Source: an uncultured Acidobacteriaceae bacterium
GTDB lineage: Bacteria > Acidobacteriota > Terriglobia > Terriglobales > Acidobacteriaceae
DNA: 64,000 bases
Reading direction: 5' to 3'
Assembly (NCBI GenBank): GCA_963710875.1
Contig: CAVQBW010000005.1
Location: 272,577 to 336,576 of the forward strand
Under the pieces are notes generated by a model. It was given only the letters and a program-made list of their open reading frames with translations, ran no database searches and had not been told where the DNA came from. Below are positions 1 to 8,111 of this stretch, piece by piece (position 1 is the stretch's first letter; every line of letters starts with the position of its first letter). A program made the translations under genes and the position numbers.

Positions 1-864
1 TCAACCTCTTCAAATGCGTCGCCGCAGGCGGTCGAGTCCCAGCCCACCCTTTCGCAGGCCGCAGCGGCGTGGCCCGCGGCTCGCGTCGAGCCCTCCCAAG
101 CCGAGCGGCTGCCGGAGCTGGTCGGCAACGCTCCCTGCATGCTCGAAGTCAGCCGCCGCATCCGGCTGGTGGCCCCGCGATCGACCCCTGTACTGATCGA
201 GGGGCCCACCGGCTCGGGCAAGGAACTGGTGGCCGAGGCTCTACACCGGCTCTCGGCCAGAAGCCGCAAGCCCTTCGTCGCCATCAACTGCGCAGCCATT
301 CCCGAGGCGCTGCTCGAAGCCGAGCTCTTCGGCCACACCCGCGGGGCCTTTACCGGCGCCGTGCAGGGACGCGTCGGGCGGATCGAGGCGGCCGACGGCG
401 GGACGCTGTTTCTGGACGAGATCGGCGAGATGCCGCTCGCGCTGCAATCCAAGCTGCTGCGCTTTGTCGAGTGCGGCGAGCTGCAGCGGGTGGGCGACAA
501 CGAAACGGTGAAGGTGGACGTGCGCATCGTGACCGCGACCCATCAGCCGCTGGCCCAGCAGACCCAGAGCGGGGGCTTCCGCGCCGACCTCTACTACCGC
601 CTGGCCGTCTTCCTCATCCGCACGCCCTCCCTGGCCGACCACAGCGAGGATCTGCCGCTGCTGATCGATCATTTCCTGGCGCACATGGGCCGCGAGGCTC
701 CGCTCAAGCGGGTTGACCCCGGCGCGCTGGCCAAGCTGGCCCAGCACGACTGGCCGGGCAACGTCCGTGAGCTCGAACACGTGCTCGAACGGGGCGCCAT
801 TCTGGCCGGCGAGGAGGCTGTGCTGACCGCGCGCGAGATCGACTTTGGAGCGGAGATGAACTAG
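1..864 (+). CDS. Sigma-54 bacterial enhancer-binding protein (AAA+), 5'-truncated by the window edge, lacking a C-terminal HTH; probable flagellar activator
   Basis: Frame open from base 1. Contains Walker A GPTGSGKE, GAFTGA loop, LFLDEIGE and WPGNVRELE. Stop comes about 25 aa after WPGNVRELE. Lies directly upstream of flgB. Confidence 0.9.
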   Translation, partial: STSSNASPQAVESQPTLSQAAAAWPAARVEPSQAERLPELVGNAPCMLEVSRRIRLVAPRSTPVLIEGPTGSGKELVAEALHRLSARSRKPFVAINCAAIPEALLEAELFGHTRGAFTGAVQGRVGRIEAADGGTLFLDEIGEMPLALQSKLLRFVECGELQRVGDNETVKVDVRIVTATHQPLAQQTQSGGFRADLYYRLAVFLIRTPSLADHSEDLPLLIDHFLAHMGREAPLKRVDPGALAKLAQHDWPGNVRELEHVLERGAILAGEEAVLTAREIDFGAEMN

Positions 865-869
865 GAACG

Positions 870-904
870 CAGCTTCCAGCTCCTAGCTTCTAGCCGGAAG
901 CTTC
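870..904 (+). repeat. Degenerate heptamer tandem repeat (YAGCTTC)n
   Basis: cagcttc cagctcc tagcttc tagccgg aagcttc between the activator stop and the flgB RBS; same unit as 28027-28152. Confidence 0.6.
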
Positions 905-928
905 TCCGTCAGGAAGGAGGGGATTGCG

Positions 929-1291
929 ATGCGGGTCGAGACGCAACTCAGCGACCAGATAGAACGCTACCTTGACCTGGCCACCAGCGAGGCCAAGCTG
1001 ACCGCGGCCAACATGGCCAATATCGATACCCCCGGCTACGGGGCCGTGGGCATGGACTTCGCGACGGAAATGCGGGAGGCGATGGCCGGAGTCGAGCAGG
1101 GAGCCCCGCCGCGCCCGGTGCGCGTGACCCCGGTGGATGGGCTGGTCTCCCGGCCCGACGGCAACAACGTCTCGATGGACCGGGAGGGGCTGAATCTGGC
1201 CGAGGCGCAATTGCGATTCAAGACCGGCGTCGCGCTGCTCCGCGAGGAGTATCAGCGCGTCTTGGACGCCATCCATGCAGATGGCAAGTAA
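929..1291 (+). CDS. flgB: Flagellar basal body rod protein FlgB
   Basis: ANMANIDTPGY and RPDGNNVSMDRE motifs; first gene of the flgB-flgC-fliE block; GGAGG RBS. Confidence 0.93.
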   Translation: MRVETQLSDQIERYLDLATSEAKLTAANMANIDTPGYGAVGMDFATEMREAMAGVEQGAPPRPVRVTPVDGLVSRPDGNNVSMDREGLNLAEAQLRFKTGVALLREEYQRVLDAIHADGK

Positions 1292-1338
1292 GCTGGAGGG
1301 CCGCGTGCAGGGACTCGTTTGAGAAAGGAGGCGCAGGA

Positions 1339-1902
1339 ATGAACCTCTTTGCGATGATGGAGACTTCGGGCGGAGCCATGCAGGCCGAGCGGATGCGCGC
1401 CGAGGTGGTGGCGGCCAATATGGCCAACGCGGAGACGACCCGCACCGCCGATGGCGGCCCTTACCGCCGGCAGCATGTGATCTTTGCCGCCCAGCAGGGC
1501 GAAGCGGGCTTCGCCAACACTTTCAATGCAGCCTCGGGAGATGCGGAGATGGGCGATGCTGCCTCGGGGAGCCTTGCTGCGGCCTCCTTACCCCCGCTTC
1601 CGGCGCCCATGCCTCTGCTCCATCCGGCCGATGGCCTGAACAGCTTGGGGAACGGCTCCGGGCCGGTAGCGCCGGGGGTCAGGATTGCGGGCGTGGTCGA
1701 GGACAACTCGCCTCCGCTGAAGCGCTACGACCCCGGAGATCCGGAGGCCGGGCCGGACGGCTATGTCTCGTATCCGGACATTAATCCCCTCACAGAGATG
1801 GTGGACCTGATGGGGGCGACGCGTGCATATGGTCTGAATAGCTCTGCCGTGCAGGCCGAGAAGGGCATGATCGTCTCGGCCCTGGAGATCGCCAAGTCGT
1901 AG
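1339..1902 (+). CDS. flgC: Flagellar basal body rod protein FlgC with a central low-complexity insertion
   Basis: NMANAETTRT..GGPYRR and YDPGDPEAGPDGYVSYPDINPLTEMVDLM motifs. Confidence 0.95.
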   Translation: MNLFAMMETSGGAMQAERMRAEVVAANMANAETTRTADGGPYRRQHVIFAAQQGEAGFANTFNAASGDAEMGDAASGSLAAASLPPLPAPMPLLHPADGLNSLGNGSGPVAPGVRIAGVVEDNSPPLKRYDPGDPEAGPDGYVSYPDINPLTEMVDLMGATRAYGLNSSAVQAEKGMIVSALEIAKS

Positions 1903-1980
1903 CCGCCGGACATCGCTCTTGGGCCTCGGACCGGAGCTTGGGGAGGCTGAAAGCGGCGGCGGAGCAGGAAGGCAGATTCG

Positions 1981-2310
1981 ATGTCGATGCTGATGAACCC
2001 CGCGACGATCACCCCACTGGCCCTTCCCGCGGCGACCGGCCCCGGCGCAACAACGGCCTTGACTATCAGCCATGGAGCGGGTGTTTCGCCGGCTCCATTC
2101 TCCGATCTTTTCACCGACGCGGTGGGACAGGTGAACCAGCTGGAAGGCCAGGCGCGCGCCGCCGTCACCGGGCTGATGAGCGGCTCCGGGGTGGATGTGC
2201 ACCAGGCGGTGATCGCCGCCCAGAAGGCGAGTATGGCCTTCGAGCTGGCGCTGGCCGTGCGCAACAAGGCGGTGCAGGCCTACCAGCAGGTGATTGGAAT
2301 GCAGTTTTGA
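1981..2310 (+). CDS. fliE: Flagellar hook-basal body protein FliE
   Basis: C-terminal DVHQAVIAAQKASMAFELALAVRNKAVQAYQQVIGMQF is typical of FliE; operon position. Confidence 0.93.
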   Translation: MSMLMNPATITPLALPAATGPGATTALTISHGAGVSPAPFSDLFTDAVGQVNQLEGQARAAVTGLMSGSGVDVHQAVIAAQKASMAFELALAVRNKAVQAYQQVIGMQF

Positions 2311-2313
2311 AGG

Positions 2314-2405
2314 CAGCTGTCAGTGGTCAGTGGTCAGCACCGGGCGATGAGGCAAGGGGCTGATCACTGACCACTGTTCACTGACCACTGTTCACTGACC
2401 ACTGA
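2314..2405. repeat. Inverted heptamer arrays (CAGTGGT)n ... (ACCACTG)n
   Basis: Left arm 2314-2337 cagctgt cagtggt cagtggt cag; right arm 2360-2405 ctgatca ctgacca ctgttca ctgacca ctgttca ctgacca ctga; the arms are reverse complements of each other. Confidence 0.85.
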
Positions 2406-2416
2406 GAGCGGAGACC

Positions 2417-4072
2417 ATGGCCACGGGAACACAGATGGAGAAGAGCGCGCCGGCAGTGCACGGACAGCCGCGGCCCGGAGAGCCGCAGTTCGCCGACCGG
2501 CTAGCCGGCCTGTGGGGACGGGCGCGGGTCGGCTGGGCCGGGATGCATCCGGCGCAGCGCGGCTGGACACTGGTGGCGGCTCTGCTGCTTGCGGCGCTGG
2601 TCGGCGGCCTCTTCTGGTACGGACTGCGTCCCGACTGGCGGGTTCTCTATGCGGAGATGGAGCCGGAGGATGTGCGCCAGGCCGGGCAGATCCTCTCCCA
2701 GGCGCAGATTCCCTTCCAACCGACTCCCAGCGGGTCGGGGATCATGGTTCCGGCCGCGCAACTGGACAAGGCGCGGCTGCTGACCGCCGCCAAGGGCCTG
2801 AAGAGCGGGCGGCTTGGCTTTGAGCTCTTCGACAAGCCCAACTGGGTGGGTTCGGAGTTCGACGAACAGGTCAACTATCAGCGGGCCCTCGAAGGGGAGC
2901 TCGAGCGCACCATCGCCTCGCTCTCCGACGTCGAGTCGGCGCATGTGCATCTGGTACTGCCGCACGATTCGCTCTTTCGAGATCAGGACCGCCCCGCCAA
3001 GGCTTCCGTCGTGCTCAAGCCCCGCCGTCGCACCCTGGCCGACGGAGAACCGGAGGCGATCCGCAACCTGGTAGCCTCGGCGGTCGACGGCCTTGAGCCG
3101 GACCGCGTGGTGCTGGTCGATGCCGACGGTCACCTGCCGCTGGGGCCCAAGACCGCCGAAGCGATCGAGTTGAGCGCCGAGCAGGCTTTGGAGGAGAAGC
3201 TGATCGCGACCCTCGAGCCGGTAACCGGCGCGGGCAACGTGCGCGCATCCGTGACCCTCAACTACGATCCGCAGGCCACCGAGGAGACCGAGGAGAACTA
3301 CGACCCGGAGCAAACGGTGACGCTCTCGATGCAGCGCACCGAGCAGACCTCTGGGGCCCAGCCAGTGGCCGCCGGGATTCCCGGAGCCGCCTCGAATGCG
3401 CCCAACACGCAGCCCCTGCCCGTCTATCCGCAGTTGAGCAGTGCGCCGCAGACCGCCAAGAGCGAGTCCGGGACCTATGCGGCTTCAAAGACCGTGCGCC
3501 ATGTCGTTGAGAATCCGGGAAAGGTGAAGAGGATGACCGCGGCGATCGTGGTGAACGACCGGCTCATCCAGACCGCCTCCAAAGGCAAGGCGGCGCAGTG
3601 GCAGGCGCGTTCGCCCGAGGAGTTGCGCAACCTTACCGCGCTGGCTCAGGCGGCGGTGGGCTTCAATGCCTCGCGCGGGGACATGCTTGAGGTCGAGGAT
3701 CTGGCCTTCGAGGAGAACCGCTTTGCGACCCCGGTCACCTTGCCCGGCCAGTTGCTGGCCACGGCCGAGAGCTCGCCGGTGCTGGTCAAGTATGCGGCGC
3801 TGCTGGCCTGCGTCTTTCTTGTGGTCGCCTTCGGGGTGCGTCCCGCCTTGCGCCATGCCCGCCTGGGTCCTGGGCCGAGGCACCAGGGGACAAAGGAGCT
3901 GCCAGGGCGCGCCGAGGCAGCCGAACAGCGGGTCTTGAAGCCGCCCGAGCCGGCCGAACTCGACCCGGAGCGGGTCAGAACGCAGGAGATCTTCGAGCAA
4001 GTTACCAGCCACCTCAAGCGCGAACCCACGCAAAGCTCGCGCCTGCTGCAGAGCTGGATTCACTCCGACTGA
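2417..4072 (+). CDS. fliF: Flagellar M-ring protein FliF
   Basis: Two TM segments; GFELFDK...EFDEQVNYQRALEGELERTI and VHLVLPHDSLF motifs. Confidence 0.96.
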   Translation: MATGTQMEKSAPAVHGQPRPGEPQFADRLAGLWGRARVGWAGMHPAQRGWTLVAALLLAALVGGLFWYGLRPDWRVLYAEMEPEDVRQAGQILSQAQIPFQPTPSGSGIMVPAAQLDKARLLTAAKGLKSGRLGFELFDKPNWVGSEFDEQVNYQRALEGELERTIASLSDVESAHVHLVLPHDSLFRDQDRPAKASVVLKPRRRTLADGEPEAIRNLVASAVDGLEPDRVVLVDADGHLPLGPKTAEAIELSAEQALEEKLIATLEPVTGAGNVRASVTLNYDPQATEETEENYDPEQTVTLSMQRTEQTSGAQPVAAGIPGAASNAPNTQPLPVYPQLSSAPQTAKSESGTYAASKTVRHVVENPGKVKRMTAAIVVNDRLIQTASKGKAAQWQARSPEELRNLTALAQAAVGFNASRGDMLEVEDLAFEENRFATPVTLPGQLLATAESSPVLVKYAALLACVFLVVAFGVRPALRHARLGPGPRHQGTKELPGRAEAAEQRVLKPPEPAELDPERVRTQEIFEQVTSHLKREPTQSSRLLQSWIHSD

Positions 4073-4136
4073 TCCGGGCAGGAGCGAGCGGATTCAGGAA
4101 CGGGAATCATGGGGCGGCAGGGAAAGGACCGGGATC

Positions 4137-5186
4137 TTGGCCGACGAGGGAAACCAGAACGAGGCGCGGCGCCGTTCGACGGCCAACCTGAGCGGGGTGC
4201 GCAAGGCTGCGGTCCTGCTGGTGGCCGTGGGCGAGGACCTGGCCAAGGAGATTCTGCGCGCCCTGCCGGAGGTGGACGTGCAGCGGCTCACCGAGGAGCT
4301 GGCCGAGCTGCGCGGCATCACGCCGGAGATGTCGGCCGCCATCCTGGAGGAGTTTTGGCAGTTGCTCGAGACGCAGAACTTCATGGTGCATGGGGGCCTG
4401 GACTACGCCAGCCGGCTGCTGATGGAGACCTTCGGCAAGGAGCGCGCCGACGACCTGCTGATGATGGTGCGCCAATCGCAGGAGGCGGCGCAGGGCAATC
4501 TGGCCAAGCTGCAGCGCACCGACCCCCAGCAGTTGGGCAAGCTGCTCGACTCGGAGCACCCGCAGACCATCGCGTTGGTCCTGGCCCATCTCGACCCGCG
4601 GCGGGCCTCGATGGTGCTGGACAATTTGGGAGAAGAACACAAGGTGCTCTCCATCCAGCGGCTGGCCGAGATGCGGCAATTCTCGCCGGAGATGGCGCAG
4701 AAGGTGGCGCATATTCTACACCGGCGCCTGGAGAGCGTAGGCGACACGGCGCGCAAGAGCTACTCGGGCTTCAAGGCGGTGGCCGATCTGCTGAACCGGC
4801 TGAATGCCGAGGAGTCGAAGAAGATTCTCGAAACCATCGAGGACGGTCAGCCGGAGCTGGCCCTGAGCATCCGCAACCTGATGTTTACCTTCGAGGACTT
4901 GGTGACGGTGCCGCCGGCCACCATCCGCGAGATCGTCTCCGGAGTGGACAAGCGGCAACTGGCGCTGGCCCTGCGCGGCACCAAGGACGAGTTGCGCGCG
5001 CAGATCTTCAAATCGATGAGCTCGCGGGCCGTCGAGATGCTGAAGGAAGACATGGAGGTTCTGGGCCCGGTACGCTCGCGCGAGGTGGCTCAGGCCCAGC
5101 AGGAGATTTTGAACCTTGCGCGGCGGCTGGAGGCCGAGGGCAAGGTGGTTCTGAAGCTCGAGACCGGCGACGAGATGCTGGCGTAA
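4137..5186 (+). CDS. fliG: Flagellar motor switch protein FliG
   Basis: SGVRKAAVLL, EHPQTIALVLAHL, MFTFEDL and MSSRAVEMLKEDME motifs; TTG start. Confidence 0.96.
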   Translation: MADEGNQNEARRRSTANLSGVRKAAVLLVAVGEDLAKEILRALPEVDVQRLTEELAELRGITPEMSAAILEEFWQLLETQNFMVHGGLDYASRLLMETFGKERADDLLMMVRQSQEAAQGNLAKLQRTDPQQLGKLLDSEHPQTIALVLAHLDPRRASMVLDNLGEEHKVLSIQRLAEMRQFSPEMAQKVAHILHRRLESVGDTARKSYSGFKAVADLLNRLNAEESKKILETIEDGQPELALSIRNLMFTFEDLVTVPPATIREIVSGVDKRQLALALRGTKDELRAQIFKSMSSRAVEMLKEDMEVLGPVRSREVAQAQQEILNLARRLEAEGKVVLKLETGDEMLA

Positions 5187-5187
5187 A

Positions 5188-5328
5188 CAGAGATCAGAGA
5201 ACAGAGATCGGTGGCACATAAAAGGGAGTCGAAGAACCGGGGGCCGAGAGCGATCAAAAGGTGGCCATCGATGTTGGAGCGGCCGATGAACTGATCCCTG
5301 ATCCCTGATCTTTGATCTCCGATCTCTG
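5188..5328. repeat. Inverted heptamer arrays (CAGAGAT)n ... (CTGATCY)n enclosing an 82-nt spacer
   Basis: Left arm 5188-5208 cagagat cagagaa cagagat; right arm 5291-5328 ctgatcc ctgatcc ctgatct ttgatct ccgatct ctg. Confidence 0.85.
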
Positions 5329-5349
5329 GCCCCTGAAAAGAGGCTTTCC

Positions 5350-6144
5350 TTGCAGCAGGCCGAAGCAGCAACGCGCAGTAGCGCCTCGGAGCTTGTCGAG
5401 CTCTTCGCCTACCCGGCGGACCCCCATGCCCCTCCGCCGCGGATGTGGCAGGGTTGGGCGAGCGCCGATGGAGCTGCCTCTGGCGCGCCCGGCAAGGCGG
5501 CGGGCGGGATTGCGGATAACCCCGGCCGCGCGGAGCACGAACAGCGGTTGGCCGAGGAGACGCGCAAAGCCTTCGAGGGCGGCCGCGAGCGGGGCCGCCA
5601 GGAGGGGGGCCAGATGGAGCGCGAGGCGCAGGCCGCCTCTCAGGCCACGGCGGAGCAGCGACGGGCCAGCCAAGCCGTCGAGCTGATCGAGAGTTTTCGC
5701 CAGGAGCGGGAACGTTTCCTGCATGCCGTCGAAGGCGAGGTGGTGAAGCTGGCGCTGGCGGTGGCGGCGCGCATTCTGCGCCGCGAGGCGCAGATGGACC
5801 CGCTGTTGCTGACCGGCGCGGTCAGGGTGGCGCTGGGACAGCTCTCCGGATCGACCCAGGTGCGGCTGCGCGTGCCGCCGGCCGAGCTTGATCTCTGGAC
5901 CGAGGCGATGGTGCTGGTGCCCAATCTGGCTGTCAAGCCCACTGTTGAGGCTGGCGAGGGAATGCGGCTGGGCGACTGCAGGATCGAGACCGGACTGGGG
6001 TCGGTGGACCTGGGAATTCGCGCCCAGTTGAGCGAGATCGAGCGGGGCTTCTTCGACCGCGCCGGAGGCACGAGAGCCACGCCCCCAATAACCGATGCCG
6101 CCGTGCCGGTTGGCGCCGCCATTAATCGGGAGGACCGCCTGTGA
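5350..6144 (+). CDS. fliH: Flagellar assembly protein FliH
   Basis: AFEGGRERGRQEG GxxxG repeats; C-terminal GDCRIETGLGSVD; between fliG and fliI. Confidence 0.88.
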   Translation: MQQAEAATRSSASELVELFAYPADPHAPPPRMWQGWASADGAASGAPGKAAGGIADNPGRAEHEQRLAEETRKAFEGGRERGRQEGGQMEREAQAASQATAEQRRASQAVELIESFRQERERFLHAVEGEVVKLALAVAARILRREAQMDPLLLTGAVRVALGQLSGSTQVRLRVPPAELDLWTEAMVLVPNLAVKPTVEAGEGMRLGDCRIETGLGSVDLGIRAQLSEIERGFFDRAGGTRATPPITDAAVPVGAAINREDRL

Positions 6145-7454
6145 CGCTGCTGCTGGCCCGTTATTTTGGCCGTTTGGAGCGCGGCCAGCCCTGGCGCTGG
6201 CGCGGGCAGGTGCTCGAATCTGTCGGCCAGACCATCGAGTCAGCGGGGCCGCTGGCCTCGGTCGGCGAGTGCTGCGAGATTCAGGACCAGTTTGGGCACG
6301 CGCATCTGGCCGAGGTGATCGGCTTTCGCGGCTCGAACGTGCTGTCGATGCCGGTCGAGAGCACCGAGGGCATCCGCTTTGGGAATACCGTCGAGGCCTT
6401 GGGCGTACATCCGGAGATCGAGGTGGGGCCGGCGCTGATGGGCCGGGTTCTGAATGCGCTGGGCGAGCCCATCGACGACGGCCCGCAGCCGGCCGTCTCC
6501 CTGGCGCTGCCTCTGGAGGGGGTGGTGCGGCGGCCGCTGGAGCGGGTGCCGATCCGCACCCCCCTGGGCACGGGAATTCGGGTTCTCGACGCGCTGCTGA
6601 CGGTGGGCCGCGGGCAGCGAGTGGGCATCTTCGGAGGTTCGGGGGTGGGCAAGAGCACGCTGATCGGCATGATGACCCGCAACACCGAGGCGGATGTGAC
6701 GGTGGTGGGCCTGGTGGGCGAGCGGGGCCGCGAGGTGGCCGAGTTCCTTGAGGATTCGCTGGGACCGGAGGGCCGGGCGCGCTCGGTGGTGGTGGTCTCG
6801 ACCTCCGACCAGTCGCCGCTGATGCGCATGAGAGCTGCCCTGGCTGCTACCACCATCGCCGAGTTCTTTGCCGATCAGGGCAAGCATGTCCTGCTGGTGC
6901 TCGACTCGCTGACCCGCTTCGCCATGGCGGCGCGGGAGATCGGCCTGGCCGCCGGAGAGCCGCCGACCAACAAGGGCTACACGCCCTCGGTCTTTACCCG
7001 CCTGGCGCGGCTGGTCGAACGCACGGGTCAGTTCCGTGTGGGTTCGATTACCGCCTTTTATACAGTTTTAATGGAGGGCGACGACCAGCAGGACCCGCTG
7101 GTCGATGCGGTCCGTGCGCTGTTGGACGGCCATGTGGTGCTCTCGCGGACGCTGGCCGCCGAGGGCTGGTACCCTCCCGTTGAGCTGCTGGACTCGATCA
7201 GCCGCTTGATGCCGGCCGTGACCCAGCCGGCGCATCGAGAGAACGCGGGGCTGCTTCGGAAGCTCGTGGCCGTCTACGCGCGCTCGGAGGATCTGGTCCG
7301 GATCGGGGCCTACAAGCCCGGCTCGGACCCGGATCTGGACCGCGCCCTCAGAGCCCGCGGGGCGATGCGGGCCTTCATGACCCAGGACTCGCGTGAGCAC
7401 GTTCGCTTTGCCGACTGCGTGAGCCGGTTGGCGGCGCTGGCCGCGGAGCTCTGA
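6141..7454 (+). CDS. fliI: Flagellar export ATPase FliI
   Basis: Walker A GGSGVGKST, DSLTRFAMAAREIGLAAGEPP and ILDGH-like LLDGHVVLSR. Confidence 0.97.
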   Translation: MTLLLARYFGRLERGQPWRWRGQVLESVGQTIESAGPLASVGECCEIQDQFGHAHLAEVIGFRGSNVLSMPVESTEGIRFGNTVEALGVHPEIEVGPALMGRVLNALGEPIDDGPQPAVSLALPLEGVVRRPLERVPIRTPLGTGIRVLDALLTVGRGQRVGIFGGSGVGKSTLIGMMTRNTEADVTVVGLVGERGREVAEFLEDSLGPEGRARSVVVVSTSDQSPLMRMRAALAATTIAEFFADQGKHVLLVLDSLTRFAMAAREIGLAAGEPPTNKGYTPSVFTRLARLVERTGQFRVGSITAFYTVLMEGDDQQDPLVDAVRALLDGHVVLSRTLAAEGWYPPVELLDSISRLMPAVTQPAHRENAGLLRKLVAVYARSEDLVRIGAYKPGSDPDLDRALRARGAMRAFMTQDSREHVRFADCVSRLAALAAEL

Positions 7455-7457
7455 GCC

Positions 7458-7994
7458 ATGGCCGCTTCGCGCGCTCTGCGGCGCCTCTTGCGCATCCGCG
7501 ATCTCGAGGAGGAGCAGTGCCGTCTGGCTCTCGAATCGGCTCTCGGCGAGCTCAGTCGCCTGGAAGATGCGCTCAAGGCCGCCGTCGACCGGGAGCGCCG
7601 GGGCCGCAGGCTGGTCCAGGCCAGCGCGCGGACGGGCGAGCTGCCGGACAGGCTGGCCGGCATCGAGGAGACGCACGCCGCCGACCGGCTCTTCGCCGTG
7701 CTTGGACCCCGCATCGCGGCCAAGGAAGAAGAGGTCGTCGCACGCCGGCAGGAGTTTCTCTTGAAGAGAGTGGAGCGGCGCCAGGCCGAGACCCTGATCG
7801 AGGAGTCCGAGGCACAGCAGGCGATCGTGACGGACCGGCGCGGCCAGCAGGAGCTGGACAACTGGTACGGCTCCCGGCAGTATCGCGAGGGAGTCGAGGC
7901 AGAGCCGCCAGCGTCAGAAGGAGCCTCCTGTCAAGCTCCGGCTGGCCCCGGAGCACGGGCCGGCCAGAACAAGTGGATTGTGGATGAAACTTGA
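7458..7994 (+). CDS. fliJ: Flagellar export chaperone FliJ
   Basis: Coiled-coil protein directly after fliI; starts with RALRRLLRIR and has a QQELD motif. Confidence 0.75.
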   Translation: MAASRALRRLLRIRDLEEEQCRLALESALGELSRLEDALKAAVDRERRGRRLVQASARTGELPDRLAGIEETHAADRLFAVLGPRIAAKEEEVVARRQEFLLKRVERRQAETLIEESEAQQAIVTDRRGQQELDNWYGSRQYREGVEAEPPASEGASCQAPAGPGARAGQNKWIVDET

Positions 7995-8084
7995 GGGAAA
8001 ATCCATCGAGAACCCAGATAGCCATCCTGAATCGGGATTTCCGGTTCCATTCCTGACAAGGTTCTAACCCCTTCCGGCATCCTT

Positions 8085-8100
8085 TGGCACGCCTTCTGCT
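8085..8100 (+). promoter_or_regulatory. Sigma-54 (-24/-12) promoter upstream of fliK-flgD-flgE
   Basis: TGGCACGCCTTCTGCT has GG and GC separated by exactly 10 nt, matching TGGCAC-N5-TTGC; intergenic in a flagellar operon that carries a bEBP. Confidence 0.8.
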
Positions 8101-8111
8101 CCACTCCCTGC

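Noticed and set aside
5212-5227. TGGCAC as a sigma-54 promoter before fliH
   Set aside because: The -12 position reads GG rather than GC.
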